Part shown: positions 12,614 through 25,458 of the stretch, in pieces | Position numbering within the stretch: position 1 is the stretch's first letter | Layout of the letters: every line of letters begins with the position of its first letter | Assembly: GCA_051941275.1 (NCBI GenBank) | Contig: JAVEBF010000032.1 | Location: 1 to 43,578, forward strand | From: Dirinaria sp. TL-2023a | Taxonomy: Eukaryota | DNA length: 43,578 nucleotides | Reading direction: 5' to 3' | Program-made: the position numbers and the translations under genes | The notes under the pieces: generated by a model | Seen by the model: the letters and a program-made list of their open reading frames with translations, nothing else | Databases searched by the model: none | What the model was told of the DNA's origin: nothing

Positions 12614-15600
12614 TCAGCATGGAAGAGACCTTTTCAACAGCTCGAGTATGACATCGTTCCCATTTTGTGCCGCCCACCACAGCGGCGTTCGACCCTCGCT
12701 ATCTTTCGAATTAACGTCGATTTTGTTCGTTTTGAGTAGCAGCTTCACCATCGTCACATTATTGAATTGTGTCGCCCATGATAACGGCGTTCGACCAGCA
12801 TTGTCTCTTGAATCGACGTTGATTTCATCTCTTTCGAGCAGCAGCTTGACTATCGTCTCGCATTCATACTCTACCGCCTTCGATAACGGCGTTCGACCCC
12901 AGCTATCTTTCGAATTAACGTCGATTTTGTTCGTTTCGAGTAACAGCGCCACTATCGTCTTATGTTCACGCAGTATCGCGCACAATAGCGGCGTTCGACC
13001 AATCTCGTCTCTTGAATCGACGTTGATTATATCTCTTTCGAGCAGCAACTTAACTATCGTCTCATGTCCACTCTGTACCGCCCACAATAGCGGCGTTTGA
13101 CCAAAATTGTCTCTCGAATTGACGTTTATTTCATCTCTTTCGAGCAGCAGCTTGACTATCGTCTCATGTCCACTGTGTACTGCCCACAATAGCGGCGTTC
13201 GACCTCGCTCGTCTCTTGAATCCACGTTGATTGTATCTCTTTCGAGCAGCAACTTAACTATGGTCTCATGTCCCTTCTCTGCCGCCCAAAATAGCGGCGT
13301 TTGACCAGCATTGTCTCTTGGATTGACGTTGATTCCATCTCTTTCGAGCAGCAACTTAACTATCGTCTCGTATCCATGCTCTGCCGCTTTTGATAGCGGC
13401 GTTTGACCAGCATTGTCTCTCGAATCGACCTTGATTTCATCTCTTTCGAGCAGCAGCTTGAATATGGCCTCATTTCCGCGCTCTGCCGCCCATGATAGCA
13501 GCGTTCGACCATCTTTATCCTTAGAGTCTGCTTTCAATATCCCTCTTAGAAGCACAATAGCAAATAGTTCCTCATCGCCAAACTCTGCTAGGTACGAAAG
13601 TACGGTCCTACGCTTCGAGAATACAAAATCACGTCCGATATTGGCCTTTCTCCTTCCTTCCTGGTCATATGCATTGTAAAGTTGGTGAGCCGGACTTCCT
13701 GGCGACCAACTCGCCGTACAAGCTTTCAGAAATGTTCGTACAGCGCTCTCGCTCCCAGTGGCAAGCGATGCGAAAAGGGGAGGCCCATAGCGTTCATCTT
13801 CTATTTCAAGAAACGATAGGATGGATGGGTGAATTTGGATGAGATTTGGCATGTTGTATTCCGCTAGTATATAGAGAAGACTTGCGTTTTGTGTATGCCT
13901 GCGGACTTGATGTTTCTCCAATATATTGTTGAGTCTGATCCAATCGGTAAGCGGGAAGCTCTGGATAAAATTTAGCTGTGCGATGTTGCAACCTTGTGCC
14001 ACGTCTGCATGGTAGAGCACATGGCGGACGGCATACTCTAGAAAGGGAAACGTATCAGTAAGCGAGTTGCGGTGGGCTGCAGCTTCCTCCGATGAGGCCT
14101 TGGGAGAATCCATCCTAAGCTGCAGAGGTGTGACACCGACCGTTTTCATATAGTTGATGCAACATTGCTTCAGTCGCTCATGACTATCACCCTGAAAGTT
14201 GGTTCCGAGCTCGGACCAAATTCTGCCGAGTCCGTTCTCATTTAGCAGGAAGTCTCTCACCGATTCGTGGATAAACTGAACTTTCGGTGCCTTAGACGTC
14301 GTAATTTCAGCGAGTCCTTTGGAAGAATTGAGTATGAATCTCTGGATGTCAAATATTGAAATCTCATCGGGATCCCATTGTGCCAGGGTTTGTGGTTCGG
14401 TACCAGAAAGAATAGCAAAGTATAATTGCTCCGGTCTCAATGGCTGCCGTGCAAAGAGGATCCATTGAAGGCATAAAATGAGTTCTTCTCGATGATGAGC
14501 ATCGCGTGTTAGGATGTCGCGAAATAATTCGTGCAGATCGTCGGGGAGATCGCGGAGTCTTCGTCGGAGTACGTGTATTCGACCACTGTCGTGCTCTTTG
14601 TTCAATATTTCCACCACCAGAACAACCCACATGAAAACCCCAGAAGCTTTTTCCATGATATCCGTTCGAATCTGCTCAGCAGTCTTACTGCGTCCAATCT
14701 TCAACTCGCTTTCGAGATAATTGATTATATCTTGTGTATGTCCTTCTTGTCCTTCTAACACTAAATCTAGTCCTTTTCCAATAGTGATGTGTGGGTAATG
14801 CCTGCTCGAAAAGCAGACTTGGAATCGAATACTAGCTGATACGGCAAGTTCGCCAATATGTTCAAAAAACGATATCATGTCCCGAATCTGGCGTTCGTCA
14901 CATTCATCCAAGGCATCAATGAAACAAACTACAGAAGAGTCCCCAAGGCTAAGTATGACTTGTTCTAACATTGCTTTCAATAGTTCAATACTCCATGGAC
15001 GATCTGCACTGTGGCTCCATGTTGAGGGTCTGAAAATGTCAAAGACAGACTCAAGCACTGGAAGTCTTTCAAGAAGTTGCAGTAGGAGTGATTGATATGT
15101 CCCGAGTGTAGACCTTTCCAAATCATCTCCCCGCGCGTTGAAGAAAAAGGAGACGACGATCTGATCCTTCATGCTTCTGGCATTGGCAAGAACAAATTTC
15201 ATCAGCGTCGACTTTCCTGTTCCTGGCTTTCCTTTAATCCATAGGAAACCGTGGTGTTCGCAAAACTTATTGAAATCAAGCCAGTCCACGTATTCGGACT
15301 TTTTCAACAGCCATCTACACGTCTTGGCGTGGGCCTTCTTAATACTCATCTGACGCGCATTGATTTGCTCGAACCTTAGAGATTCCAGCAGCAGCTTTTT
15401 TTCTTCCTCATTAAACAAGGGCACCTCTACTCCTCTAATCTCTCCAGAGACCGAACTTGTCATCCTGCGGAGAGCGGATGCAACTTTTCTGTATTCGACG
15501 TCGTCCGGTCCCGTAAACCGACACATATCCATATGATTACGTCCAATATGCTCCGTGATCTCGATGGCTGGGAGGCTCAAACAAGACGATGTGTCGTCGA

Positions 15601-16497
15601 CGACCTGCAAATTCATCAGCAGTGTAATTGGACATTCCGACGCACCTGCCTTGTTACCGCTAAGAAGCGTAATGCCTAACTGTTCCTGAAAGGAATGTAT
15701 AACCCAATTCTGTTGATGAGCTCTCGGACCGAAGCCGTCTCTTAGCTCCTTCAGACGTTCAGCCGACGGCAAGAGTGAGTTGACAACTTGCTCATCAACG
15801 GAGAAACCGGCAGCTTTGATAGCTTTCTCGGCAATACGCTGAAGAATACCACGAGGGTCTGCTCCACCATGAGGGGTGCCAAAAAACATGATACCGATTG
15901 TAAAATTGAAGATGTTTCGGAGATGGGTCTGATTTTGATAGACATCGCTCGATCTCCGTAACATCTCTTTGACAATGATTCCTCCAAGACTATGGACAAT
16001 GAAGACCAATGGTCTTGACGGCTTTACGCGGCGCTCGGCCTCTAGGGCGATTAGAAAATCCCACGCAATGTCGTAGATCGTGTTCTTATTGCCCGGAGGT
16101 CCCAACTTATGTCTTATGTGCGTGTCATATCCATACGTTAGTACTCGCGCACCCGGAACGGTGAGTGGAATCAAGCCGCGAGGCCAATATGTAGCAGTGT
16201 GCAAATCTTTCCATCGTGAGTTGGAGAAAGGGTTGAGCTTTTGGACCTTGGGAGGTGGTTCGGCCAATATATTGTCATCGTGAGTGGACTGCCTCATGTC
16301 TCCTTTTCTATGAGTCCAGGTCCGCTCAGGATGGCCTGTGAACCCATGAACAAATACGATACTTGTTGATCAGCAGACTATCAGTAGACAGTATTTGCAG
16401 AATCTTACTCTAGAGATGGATCTTCTGGATTGACAACAACTGTCAGACCAGATGCAGGTATGGACTGACTACAGCTTGGGCCACTCGATCTTTTCAT
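12614..16497 (-). CDS. Fungal NLR-like STAND protein: alpha/beta-hydrolase (SesB/lipase-like) + NACHT + ankyrin repeats; intron 16362-16408 and probable GC-AG intron 15605-15649
   Basis: IVFVHGFTG, ARVLTYGYD, FIVHSLGGIIVK (nucleophile elbow), FFGTPHGG, HMDMCRF; Walker A GKPGTGKST, Walker B CFIDALDEC, SSRHYP, VQFIHESVRDFL; nine 34-aa ankyrin repeats. Confidence 0.92.
12630..13532 (-). repeat. Tandem array of nine ~102-bp ankyrin-coding repeats with high internal DNA identity
   Basis: Repeated DS(R/K)D..G(R/Q)TPL..A...G.ETIVKLLLERD.INV units, with recurring DNA blocks such as catctctttcgagcagca.ctt.actatcgtctc. Confidence 0.92.
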
Positions 16498-17157
16498 GAT
16501 GTCTTGCTGATGGCGAAGGTGTCGAGTAATGGGTACAGTGCTTCTAATGGGCTATCACACCACCAATGTCGACAGTGCACGACAAGTGCACACCATCACT
16601 GAAAACTGTGAATGCCGCCAATGGAGTATATTTTTTGTGATCATAGCCTATCATGGGATTCTTTGAAAATACGAGAAGTGCAGGCAAAACCACGTACTCG
16701 TGCATGTATGTAGCCTTGTAGCCTCGCAGCCTCGCTCTTCGCCAGCTATAGATAGTATGTGTAGCCGCGCGCAGTGGGATGTTCCGCCAACAGTTTCCAG
16801 GAAAAGTTGCCATGGGCGTTTCGCAACAGACGTGCAACCGGGAAATGTGCGCCGGGGTCTCTTGAAGTTTACCTCGGGATGCAGCTCAATGGTCTAGAGT
16901 CGACTTTCATCAATTGATTAAGTATGATGGCCAGTTCAAAAAAAAAGTAATTAATATATCTTCTTATACCAAGCTCATATACGCTCGAATTAGATTTTTC
17001 AGGAAACCAATCGGATTGTTACCTTACCTAAAGTAGGGTTGAAATTGGAGTTGAGGTTGGGATCGTGGTTGTGGTTGTATACCTTAAGGTACCGAAAGCC
17101 TTTGAGCGTTCCTTAAGCAGATGACGAATTGACATTGAGTAGGTAGTCGCTTGCGTG

Positions 17158-19679
17158 ATGCACATGTTGGCATTACGGCGCAAAGCGTGTAGTCTCCTCA
17201 CGGTCTGTCCAGGTCCTTCACACTCCAAGTATAAGAGCGCTGACTTTGGCTGACCAAAAATATATAGAATACCGATCCCAAAGCAGCTCACAATGCCGTC
17301 CGCTCAAAACTATTTGCGACGGAAGCAACATCGAGACGTCTCGCAGGATCCGATTCTTCAATTAGAACGCCTCCGTATTCGAAGATCGTTAAGAATCTGC
17401 ACCGTATCCGAAGCCTTCTCGGGACCGAAGGGCGCTTGACTCTTGCCGAGAAGATATTGTATTCGCATCTTGATGATCCAGAGGAAGCGCTGTTTTCAAA
17501 TACCCAGAACGGCACTCGAATCAGAGGCAATGCCAACCTCAAGCTTAAGCCTGATAGGGTGGCAATGCAGGATGCTTCTGCGCAGATGGCCATTCTACAG
17601 TTCATGTCCTGCGGACTGCAGTCAACAGCGGTACCTACAAGCATACACTGCGACCACATGATTGTTGGCGAGCGAGGTACAGACGTCGATCTGCCTGCCT
17701 CAATCAAAGGCAACAAAGAGGTCTTCGACTTCCTGGAATCGGCTGCAAAGAAATATGGGATTGAGTTTTGGCCACCTGGTGCAGGAATCATCCACCAGAC
17801 GGTGCTGGAAAACTACGCAGCTCCCGGGCTGATGATGTTGGGCACCGATAGCCATACGCCGAATGCGGGTGGTCTAGGTGCTATTGCGATTGGCGTTGGA
17901 GGCGCGGATGCGGTCGATGCCATGGTTGATGCGCCTTGGGAATTGAAAGCACCCAAGATATTGGGAGTAAGGCTTCACGGAAAACTCAGTGGATGGGCTA
18001 CTCCAAAGGACGTGATCATGAAGCTGGCGGGCCTCTTGACAGTCAGAGGAGGTACTGGATTCATCATTGAGTACCATGGTCCCGGCGTAGAAACTCTCAG
18101 TTGTACTGGCATGGCTACAATATGCAATATGGGGGCTGAAGTTGGTGCTACGACCTCACTTTTCCCATTCTCTCCGAGCATGATCCCGTACTTGGAGTCG
18201 ACGCATAGGCAAGATGTCGCAAATGCTGCGGCTGCCATAGCTTCTTCTCCAAGCTCATCCAACCTTCTATGCGCTGACAATGGTGCTGAGTACGACGAGG
18301 TGATCACCATTGACCTCGCCACGCTGGAGCCTCATATCAGTGGGCCGTTTACTCCAGACTTGTCAACGCCGCTGTCCGCATTCAAGGAGGCTGTCAAAGT
18401 CAATCAATGGCCAGAGAGCTTTGGAGCAGGCCTTATCGGATCGTGCACCAATAGCTCCTACCAGGACATGACCAGAGCCGAAGATCTCGTGAAGCAAGCA
18501 TCGGCAGCGGGTCTTCAGCCCAAGGCAGACTTCTTCGTCACGCCTGGCAGCGAGCAGATCCGGGCCACACTGTCGCGCGATTCCACCCTCGAAACATTCT
18601 CCTCTGCCGGCGGCACTGTTCTTGCCAATGCCTGCGGGCCATGTATCGGACAATGGAAACGTACGGACGGCGTCTCGCGGGGCGAATCCAATGCAATCTT
18701 CACCTCCTACAACCGTAACTTCAAAGGCCGCAATGATGGCAACCCCGCCACGATGAATTTCCTCGCCTCCCCTGAACTTGTCACTGCAATGTCCTACGCC
18801 GGCTCCACGACGTTCAACCCCCTAACCGACTCCATCCCCACACCATCAGGCTCGCACTTCCGCTTCTCACCACCTCAAGGCTCCGACCTTCCTTCTGCTG
18901 GCTTCGCTCAAGGCAACCCGGAATTTCTCCCCACCCCCGGCGCTCCCTCTCCCGAACACCCAGTCATCGTCTCACCCACATCCGACCGCCTCGCAATACT
19001 CGAACCCTTCGCTCCCTTCCCAGATCACGATCTCCAAAATCTGCGCGTGCTCTACAAAGTGAAAGGCCAATGCACAACAGACACCATCTCCGCCGCGGGA
19101 CCCTGGCTCAAATACAAGGGCCACCTACCCAACATCAGCGCAAACACTCTGATCGGCGCCGTCAACGCAGCAACGGGCGAGACCAACGTCGCATACGACT
19201 ATTTCGAGCCCGGGAGCCCCAGCCCCCCCAAAAGCGGGATCCCCGAACTGGCCGCCAAATGGAAGCGCCAAGGCAAGGAATGGATAGTCGTGGCCGAGGA
19301 CAATTACGGGGAGGGCAGCGCCCGCGAGCACGCCGCGCTGCAGCCGAGGTACCTGGGGTGCAGGATCGTGCTGGCGAAGAGTTTCGCCCGGATCCACGAG
19401 ACGAATCTGAAGAAGCAGGGCGTTGTGCCGCTCACGTTTGCTGCGGAGAAGGGGACCGGGGGATATGACGAGATCGAGGCCGGGGATCAGGTGAGTACCG
19501 TAGGCTTGTGGGAGATGCTGAAGAACGGTGGAGAGGGGGATGTGAGTCTCAAAGTGGAGAAAAGGGGTGGTGGGACGAAGATGCTCGGCGTGAGGCATAC
19601 CATCAGTCGAGATCAGGCGGGATTTATATTGGCTGGCAGCGCGTTGAATTTGCTAGCTAAGAAAAGTAGAGGAGATTAG
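17158..19679 (+). CDS. ACO2: Mitochondrial aconitase-family protein, Aco2/AcoB type (homocitrate dehydratase); intron 17203-17267
   Basis: LTLAEKILYSH, PDRVAMQDASAQMA, HCDH, GTDSHT, Fe-S cysteines GSCTNSS and ACGPCIGQW, NYGEGSAREHAA, KYKGHL (K where Aco1 has R); basic N-terminal presequence MHMLALRRKACSLLT|NTDPK... Confidence 0.9.
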
Positions 19680-19911
19680 AACTTTCGAAAGGGAAAAACA
19701 AAAAGTTTGGGTTGAGGGATTCATGATTGTCACTGAAGCTTGGTCGTATATACGTATGTAGGCTGTTCAAAAGCATTCATTCGTCTTTACTGAAAAAATT
19801 TTTTAATCGGAAAATCATCAGATGCATTCTATCTATATCCATCGATTCGTTTGTGAACGAGTCATTCTGGAATCTTACTACGTCTTGATGCTTCCTAGCT
19901 CATTAAACCGA

Positions 19912-19947
19912 CTCTCTCTCTCTCTCTCCCTTCCCCCTCTCTCTCTC
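19912..19947 (+). repeat. (CT)n microsatellite
   Basis: Directly visible. A similar tract lies at ~25404-25422. Confidence 0.85.
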
Positions 19948-20329
19948 TTTTTCGACATTTTCTTCTGCACAGCCTTGAAAGTAAATGTCGATCCTGTGAC
20001 TTAGAAGAAGTCATCGCAAGAATTTTCTAACCATGATCCAGCCAGCCACTCCTGCTGGAGATCAACCTCTGAGTTATCCCATCTAAAAGCGGCGGGGAAA
20101 GGAGGTAAATGGATCTCTCGGGAGCCTTCTATTTCAATAGGCTCGAGGCTCTATCAAAGAACTTTCCACCGGATCATATAACGCCACAAAGTTTTTTTCT
20201 TTCCGTTTCCCCCCCCCGTCTCCCCACTAACATGTCAATTTCACTAGGAAGAAGTAACGCTTTAAGTGGTATCATCAAAGTAAAAATGCAAAAAAGCCCG
20301 CCTTGAAGTTAACATCAGACACCCAAAGA

Positions 20330-21478
20330 CTATCTCTTTGCAGCAACCTTGGGCCTCGGTTTGATCTCATCCAACTGCACGGGATGCAGCATGACTTTGT
20401 TCGCCATCTGCGGCGTATTGCTCTGAAACCCTTTACTCCAATCGTAGCTGACCGCGTAGGCGAAGATGTTGCCGGTGCGGGAAAAGTCGGTGGCGCTGAT
20501 GGTGCCGCCGACCTCGGGGAAGCCCTTGAGGCGGTGCTTGGCGTCCTTGTCCCAGAAATGGAAGCTGCCGTCGGAGCCGGCGGTGCTGAAGGTGCCGTGC
20601 TGCGGGTGGAAGGAGATGGCGTTGACGCTGTAGACGTTGCTGACGTCGCGCTGCGTGGGCGGGGTCGAGCGATGGCATTTGAAGGAGAAGTTCGAGGCGT
20701 TGTCTTTGTCCTCGACGTACTGGATCGCGCACCGCCCCTCAATGCTCCCCACCGCAAAGCCGGTGTGGTCGTTGAAGCACGAGACGACCCGCGTCTGCCA
20801 TTTCAGCGGCGACTGCATCGTCTTGTAGAAATCTGTCGGTTTGTTGAGGTCGATCACGTCGATGTATCGGTCGGCTGTGGCGACGATGAGCATGTTGTCT
20901 TTGGTGTCGATGCTGTAGACACGCTCCTGGCATTGCACTGAAGCGACAGGCGTGGCTTGTCGCAGGTCCCAGTATTTGATCGTCTTGTCCCAGGAGCCCG
21001 TGACGAGCACAGGGGTTGCTTGTCCTGGAACATCGACGAAGCGCACGCACCGGATGGGCTGGTCATGAGCGGCCACTTGGCTGGCAGTGGTTTGGTTGGC
21101 GGCGAGATCCATCATTCTGGCTGCTTTGTCCGCGCCCACGCCAACGACTTTGGTGCCGTCCTGGGGGGTGGATTTTTTAGCAGCTCATCGAGGATCTCGA
21201 AAGGCAAGGAGCACACTTACTTTCGACCAGCAACAGCCTAAAACCGGGCCCTCATGTTCAAATGCGGCTTTCCCTTCGCTTGAACCGTTTGCTGCGATTT
21301 CATAAATGCGGACTTTCTTATCCCAGGATGCCACTGCTAGATGCTCCGATTGGGTGGAGAACCTTAGGTCTGAAATGCCATCTTCTGGAGGTGAGGTGAG
21401 GGTGAAGTCGTTCGAAATGTCGCCGTTATTGTTGGTGGTAGCAGCAGTTGTATTTGGGGTCGTGCCAAAGAGCGCCAT
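20330..21478 (-). CDS. RAE1: mRNA export factor / nucleoporin Rae1 (Gle2), WD40; intron 21161-21220
   Basis: PPEDGISDLRFS, VASWDKKVRIYE, TGSWDKTIKYWDLR, SPLKWQTR, GSIEGRCAIQY, FSFKCHR, TAGSDG.FHFWDKDAKHRLK, FAYAVSYDWSKG. Confidence 0.96.
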
Positions 21479-22698
21479 GGCTGGGAGACCTGTTGTCGAC
21501 CTATGCTGTAGAAATTATTTTTCCTCCCTCTCCCGAAATATCTATAAAAGGGGGAATTGGGTATAATTGAAAAGAGGGTGCTGCCTACCTAGTGCCTAAG
21601 GTAAGGTAAGTAAAGTAGAGTATGTACTTCAGTTACCAACACACACAACAGGCACGACAGGCAGCTCCGATTTTACGCGCGCGTACCGAGGACACGCCAA
21701 GCCCCGCTAAGCCCGGATATCAAGATCTTTCAAGCCGCCCTCAATTGGTTTTTTCTCTGTACTCCTCGCTCGAAGAATCGCAATCGGAGCTCACATACAG
21801 AGAGCGCATCCAAGATGTCTCTCAACCATCTACCATGCTTCGGGAGAAAGTCCCCGGACAGCTCGTTCTTCCTCGGAAGTTCGAGAACGCCGAGAGGCGC
21901 CGCCATAAAAGCAAGCTTCGCGGCTGACCTCTCCTCCACCTCCCCTACCCTTCTATCCCTTTCCTTCACCGTCTGCACTCCCCAGGAACCGCTTCTTTGG
22001 GTCCCGCGTAGCAGGCCGCCTTAGCCTCTTTGTGTGGGTTTTGCTTTTGCGGTGTATCTACCGTTGCAGGGACTGGGGAGGAGGTGGGGATCGTGTAGGC
22101 AGGAGGAAGGGGGCTCATAGGTGCGTAGGGGAGGGTGCTTTCGTCGAGATGGATAGGCATGCGATTGCCTCGGATGGGTCTGCTTGGGTCGAAAGGCCTG
22201 GGCCGGGCTTGGAAGAGGTAACTCAATGGGGCTTATTCTTGAGGCGAGGAGTCCGTTTCGTTCTCCAATTCCAGGGTCTGTCCTTAGGTCTCCTGTTCGA
22301 CTTTCTGCTGAATTCTTTTCGGATGGAAGGAGGCGGAGATCAGGAGGAGTGCTTGGTCAGACAAGCCAGACCCATATACGTTCAGGTGATGAGATACCTA
22401 CATAGAGTCAAGCACCGAGGCGCCCTGCAGACCTACAGCGGTGTCAGAGTGCCCCTGACGATTACAATATGCGTTATGGTATCTGATGAACGTTTCCCGC
22501 CGCAATTTCTACGTCTCTTGGGCTGTGAGTGCGCCAGGTCGCGAATTCCTATTTACCGATAGTCAAGCAAGCATGTTCAAGCGATAGAAGCACATGGGCG
22601 GAGGCGCATAGATAAATGCGTAATAAATCTAAATGATACCAGCTGGTCCCTGTTTGTCCGACGCCACCCTCCCTTGTAGCAAATACAGCGCAAGCATT

Positions 22699-24698
22699 TC
22701 ACCCTTTCTCGGAGTCTTTGGCATGACCATTAGCGTTGCCAATGGCACGACCGTTGACTTGTTCGACTTTCTTCTCGTCTTCTTCGTCACTGCTGGCTCC
22801 TCCAAGGCTGTACCTTTCCTCTTCTGTGCCCTCATGAGGTTGCTCAACATGCAGGTCGTCAAGTTCGGCTTCATCAAAGTCTGCTGCCTCGACGTCTCTG
22901 CGGTGGCCATTGTTCCTAAGGCCACCCATGAGATTGCTGCTCGAGCCTCCGAAAAGTCCGTGATAGCCAGCCCGTTGCCTTCGACTTCGCCATATCCACC
23001 ATCCCCAGGCCGTTGCCGATATGACGACGATCACAAGGACCACTTCACCAGATCTGTAATAAGCATGCCACGTAGCCTTTTCCAGCTTATCTTCTTCGGC
23101 TTGTTCAGCGATCGTGCTGTTGGGGTGGCCACCAACACTAGTTTGGACACCTTTCTCTCCATCGAGGCGCGAATCGGTAGGCTTTCCACCGATGCTCGCT
23201 ATATCCACGTTCAAGAACCGGTCCAGCATGTCGCGTGATCTTCTGGGATAATCGAAGGGTACCATGTGCGAGGAATTATAGAACAAGACGTAAGTTAGGT
23301 TCCTGGCTTCTTGATAGATGCCAGCAGCCTCGCCCTCGAATGTCCAGTCTCTCCGCGGAGCCCATGTCCCTGGCGAGAGCTCAAACCCTTGACCACCATT
23401 CCATTTCATGTTGTGGATCATTTCTTCTGTACCGAGGTGGTTGCAAATGAGATCCTGATCCCCGGAGAACAAGACGATGGGCATGTGCTGAAGCAAATCC
23501 GGCAGTAGCTGGATTGAAGGCTTCGAACTTCGAACTTTGAAATTGGAGCCAACCGCACCAGAACATTCTGTCCAACCAGTGTGCTTGTCCTTGTTGACGT
23601 GGAGTGCTTCTATCACTTCTTTCCTTCGTAGGTATGGCGTCACTTGTTTCAGGTCCGGCGGCCAATTCATTCCGCAACTAGGGTAAGTGTCGTCGAGACG
23701 CACATCGTACATATTATGACAGCGTCCATCCTTTTGAGATAATCGGAGAATATCCATCAGGATCTGCTCGCAAATCGATATATCGACTTTATCAGTTCCC
23801 CCAGGCTGGTTAAGCTCGTTGTTACATTCTGCTTGCTTCGCTTCGATTTGTTTAGCCGCATCGGTTCCGCCCTGAATAAGACCTGCTTTGTAGGCGTAGT
23901 CGAGGTATGCATGATATTGTTCCGGGGGCGATATCCACCCATTTCCAATCAGAAGACCAGAGACATTCCAAGCGTCCTTCGCATCCTTCTTCCCGTTGCG
24001 ATCAAGAATAGCTTGTGCGATATATGGAATATGTTGCCCGGCGTAAGACTCTCCACTGATATATAACTGCTTTATGTCAGCACGAGACATATGATAGCTT
24101 GACCAGCCAACTTACATCATTGGTGGCGTATTCCGGGAAAATCGCAAAGAACTTCTCAAGAAACCGAACCATCTGATCCGCCATCTCCGTGAGTTCGTGA
24201 ACGTAGCTGTCCGTATCGACATAACTGAAGCCGGTTCCCACAGGGTTATCAACAAATAATACATTAGCGAACTCATCCCAGGCACCCTCATTATACACCA
24301 AGTGCGCGTCATCTTTCAGTCTGTATGGCCCAATCTCCATCAATGCACCGTCCATGGAGCTGCATCCCGGTCCGCCGTTGACCCACAGTACGGTCCGTTG
24401 CCGATTAGCGATATGGCGATTTTGGAAATGCCAAAAGAAGAGGTTGCCATGGTGTTCGGGAGTGACCTCGATATGACTTTGAGAGGATATCAGCGCTGGA
24501 ATAACCAAGGTTGATATGGGAAGCATCTTACCCGGCATGCATGTTGAGCAATGGGCCGGCTGGTTGCCCAGGCAAGGAAGAGACATAATAATCGGCCGCG
24601 GTCTTCTCTGCCACTGAGATCGCAGGGTAGCAGAGAAGCAGCAGTACATTGCATAAATGTAGGATGGGGACAGCACCAGGCAGCGGCCACCTGGACAT
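22699..24698 (-). CDS. KEX1: Pheromone-processing serine carboxypeptidase Kex1 (S10), 3 exons
   Basis: Signal peptide, [38 protein letters not shown] (catalytic Ser), [18 protein letters not shown]-terminal transmembrane segment and acidic tail. Confidence 0.95.
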
Positions 24699-25458
24699 TG
24701 TAGTCCCACGGACACGTCGCATTATTGTGTTCGTCAACCCTTCGTCAAGCTATTCCGGCAGCAGCCGTATCCTAATCGCTTTTCTGCCTTGGAAATGGGA
24801 CGTAGCGTCCAGGGCGATGGGTATACCACCAGCATCCGGCTTGACGAGGAGCGCAAGGTGTGCTATGTACTCAAGTTGCGCTGGCTGGCACGGGCTTAGA
24901 AGTACATTTGCATTGCGTCACCGTAGATTGGGTTTGCAATACCGGTAGGGACAGCTATTAGCGATTCGTAAGGCGTGTATGTGGCTGAGTTGGTGACTGG
25001 GCTCGCTAGCAGTGCCGGACGTGAAAAAGCACAGACGGAGTTCATCGACCAGTCGTCTATCAGATGCGAAATAATAATGGAAAATCCATCGGTATTACTG
25101 GATTCGTATTCCAAACTACCTTAGTGCCTTAATAATCTGCCGTGTCTGCCCCTGGGCTCCTACTCCTAGTCTCCTGGGGTTTCCTTTTGGACCGGACAAG
25201 GCTACTGCTCGCTAAGTGAGCGCTAGCTGAAACGGGATGGACCACTGCAAATGGAATTCGAAAGGAAGAGGGATGCGTATTAATATTGTGTATGTATGTA
25301 CACCATCAATCGCATTTGCGTGGCTACCTAATGTACTATGTGCCTAACGCGAACTGCTTTACATCTGATGACGACCTCAATATACAAGTGTTCCACTGCG
25401 GGCCTCTCTCTCTCTCTCTCTCTGACACCACACAACTTTTCAGGGAACTATCTTCAGC

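Noticed and set aside
12630..13532. Regular ~102-bp repeats that could be taken for a CRISPR-like or satellite array
   Set aside because: They are in-frame ankyrin-coding units without unique spacers, in a eukaryotic context.
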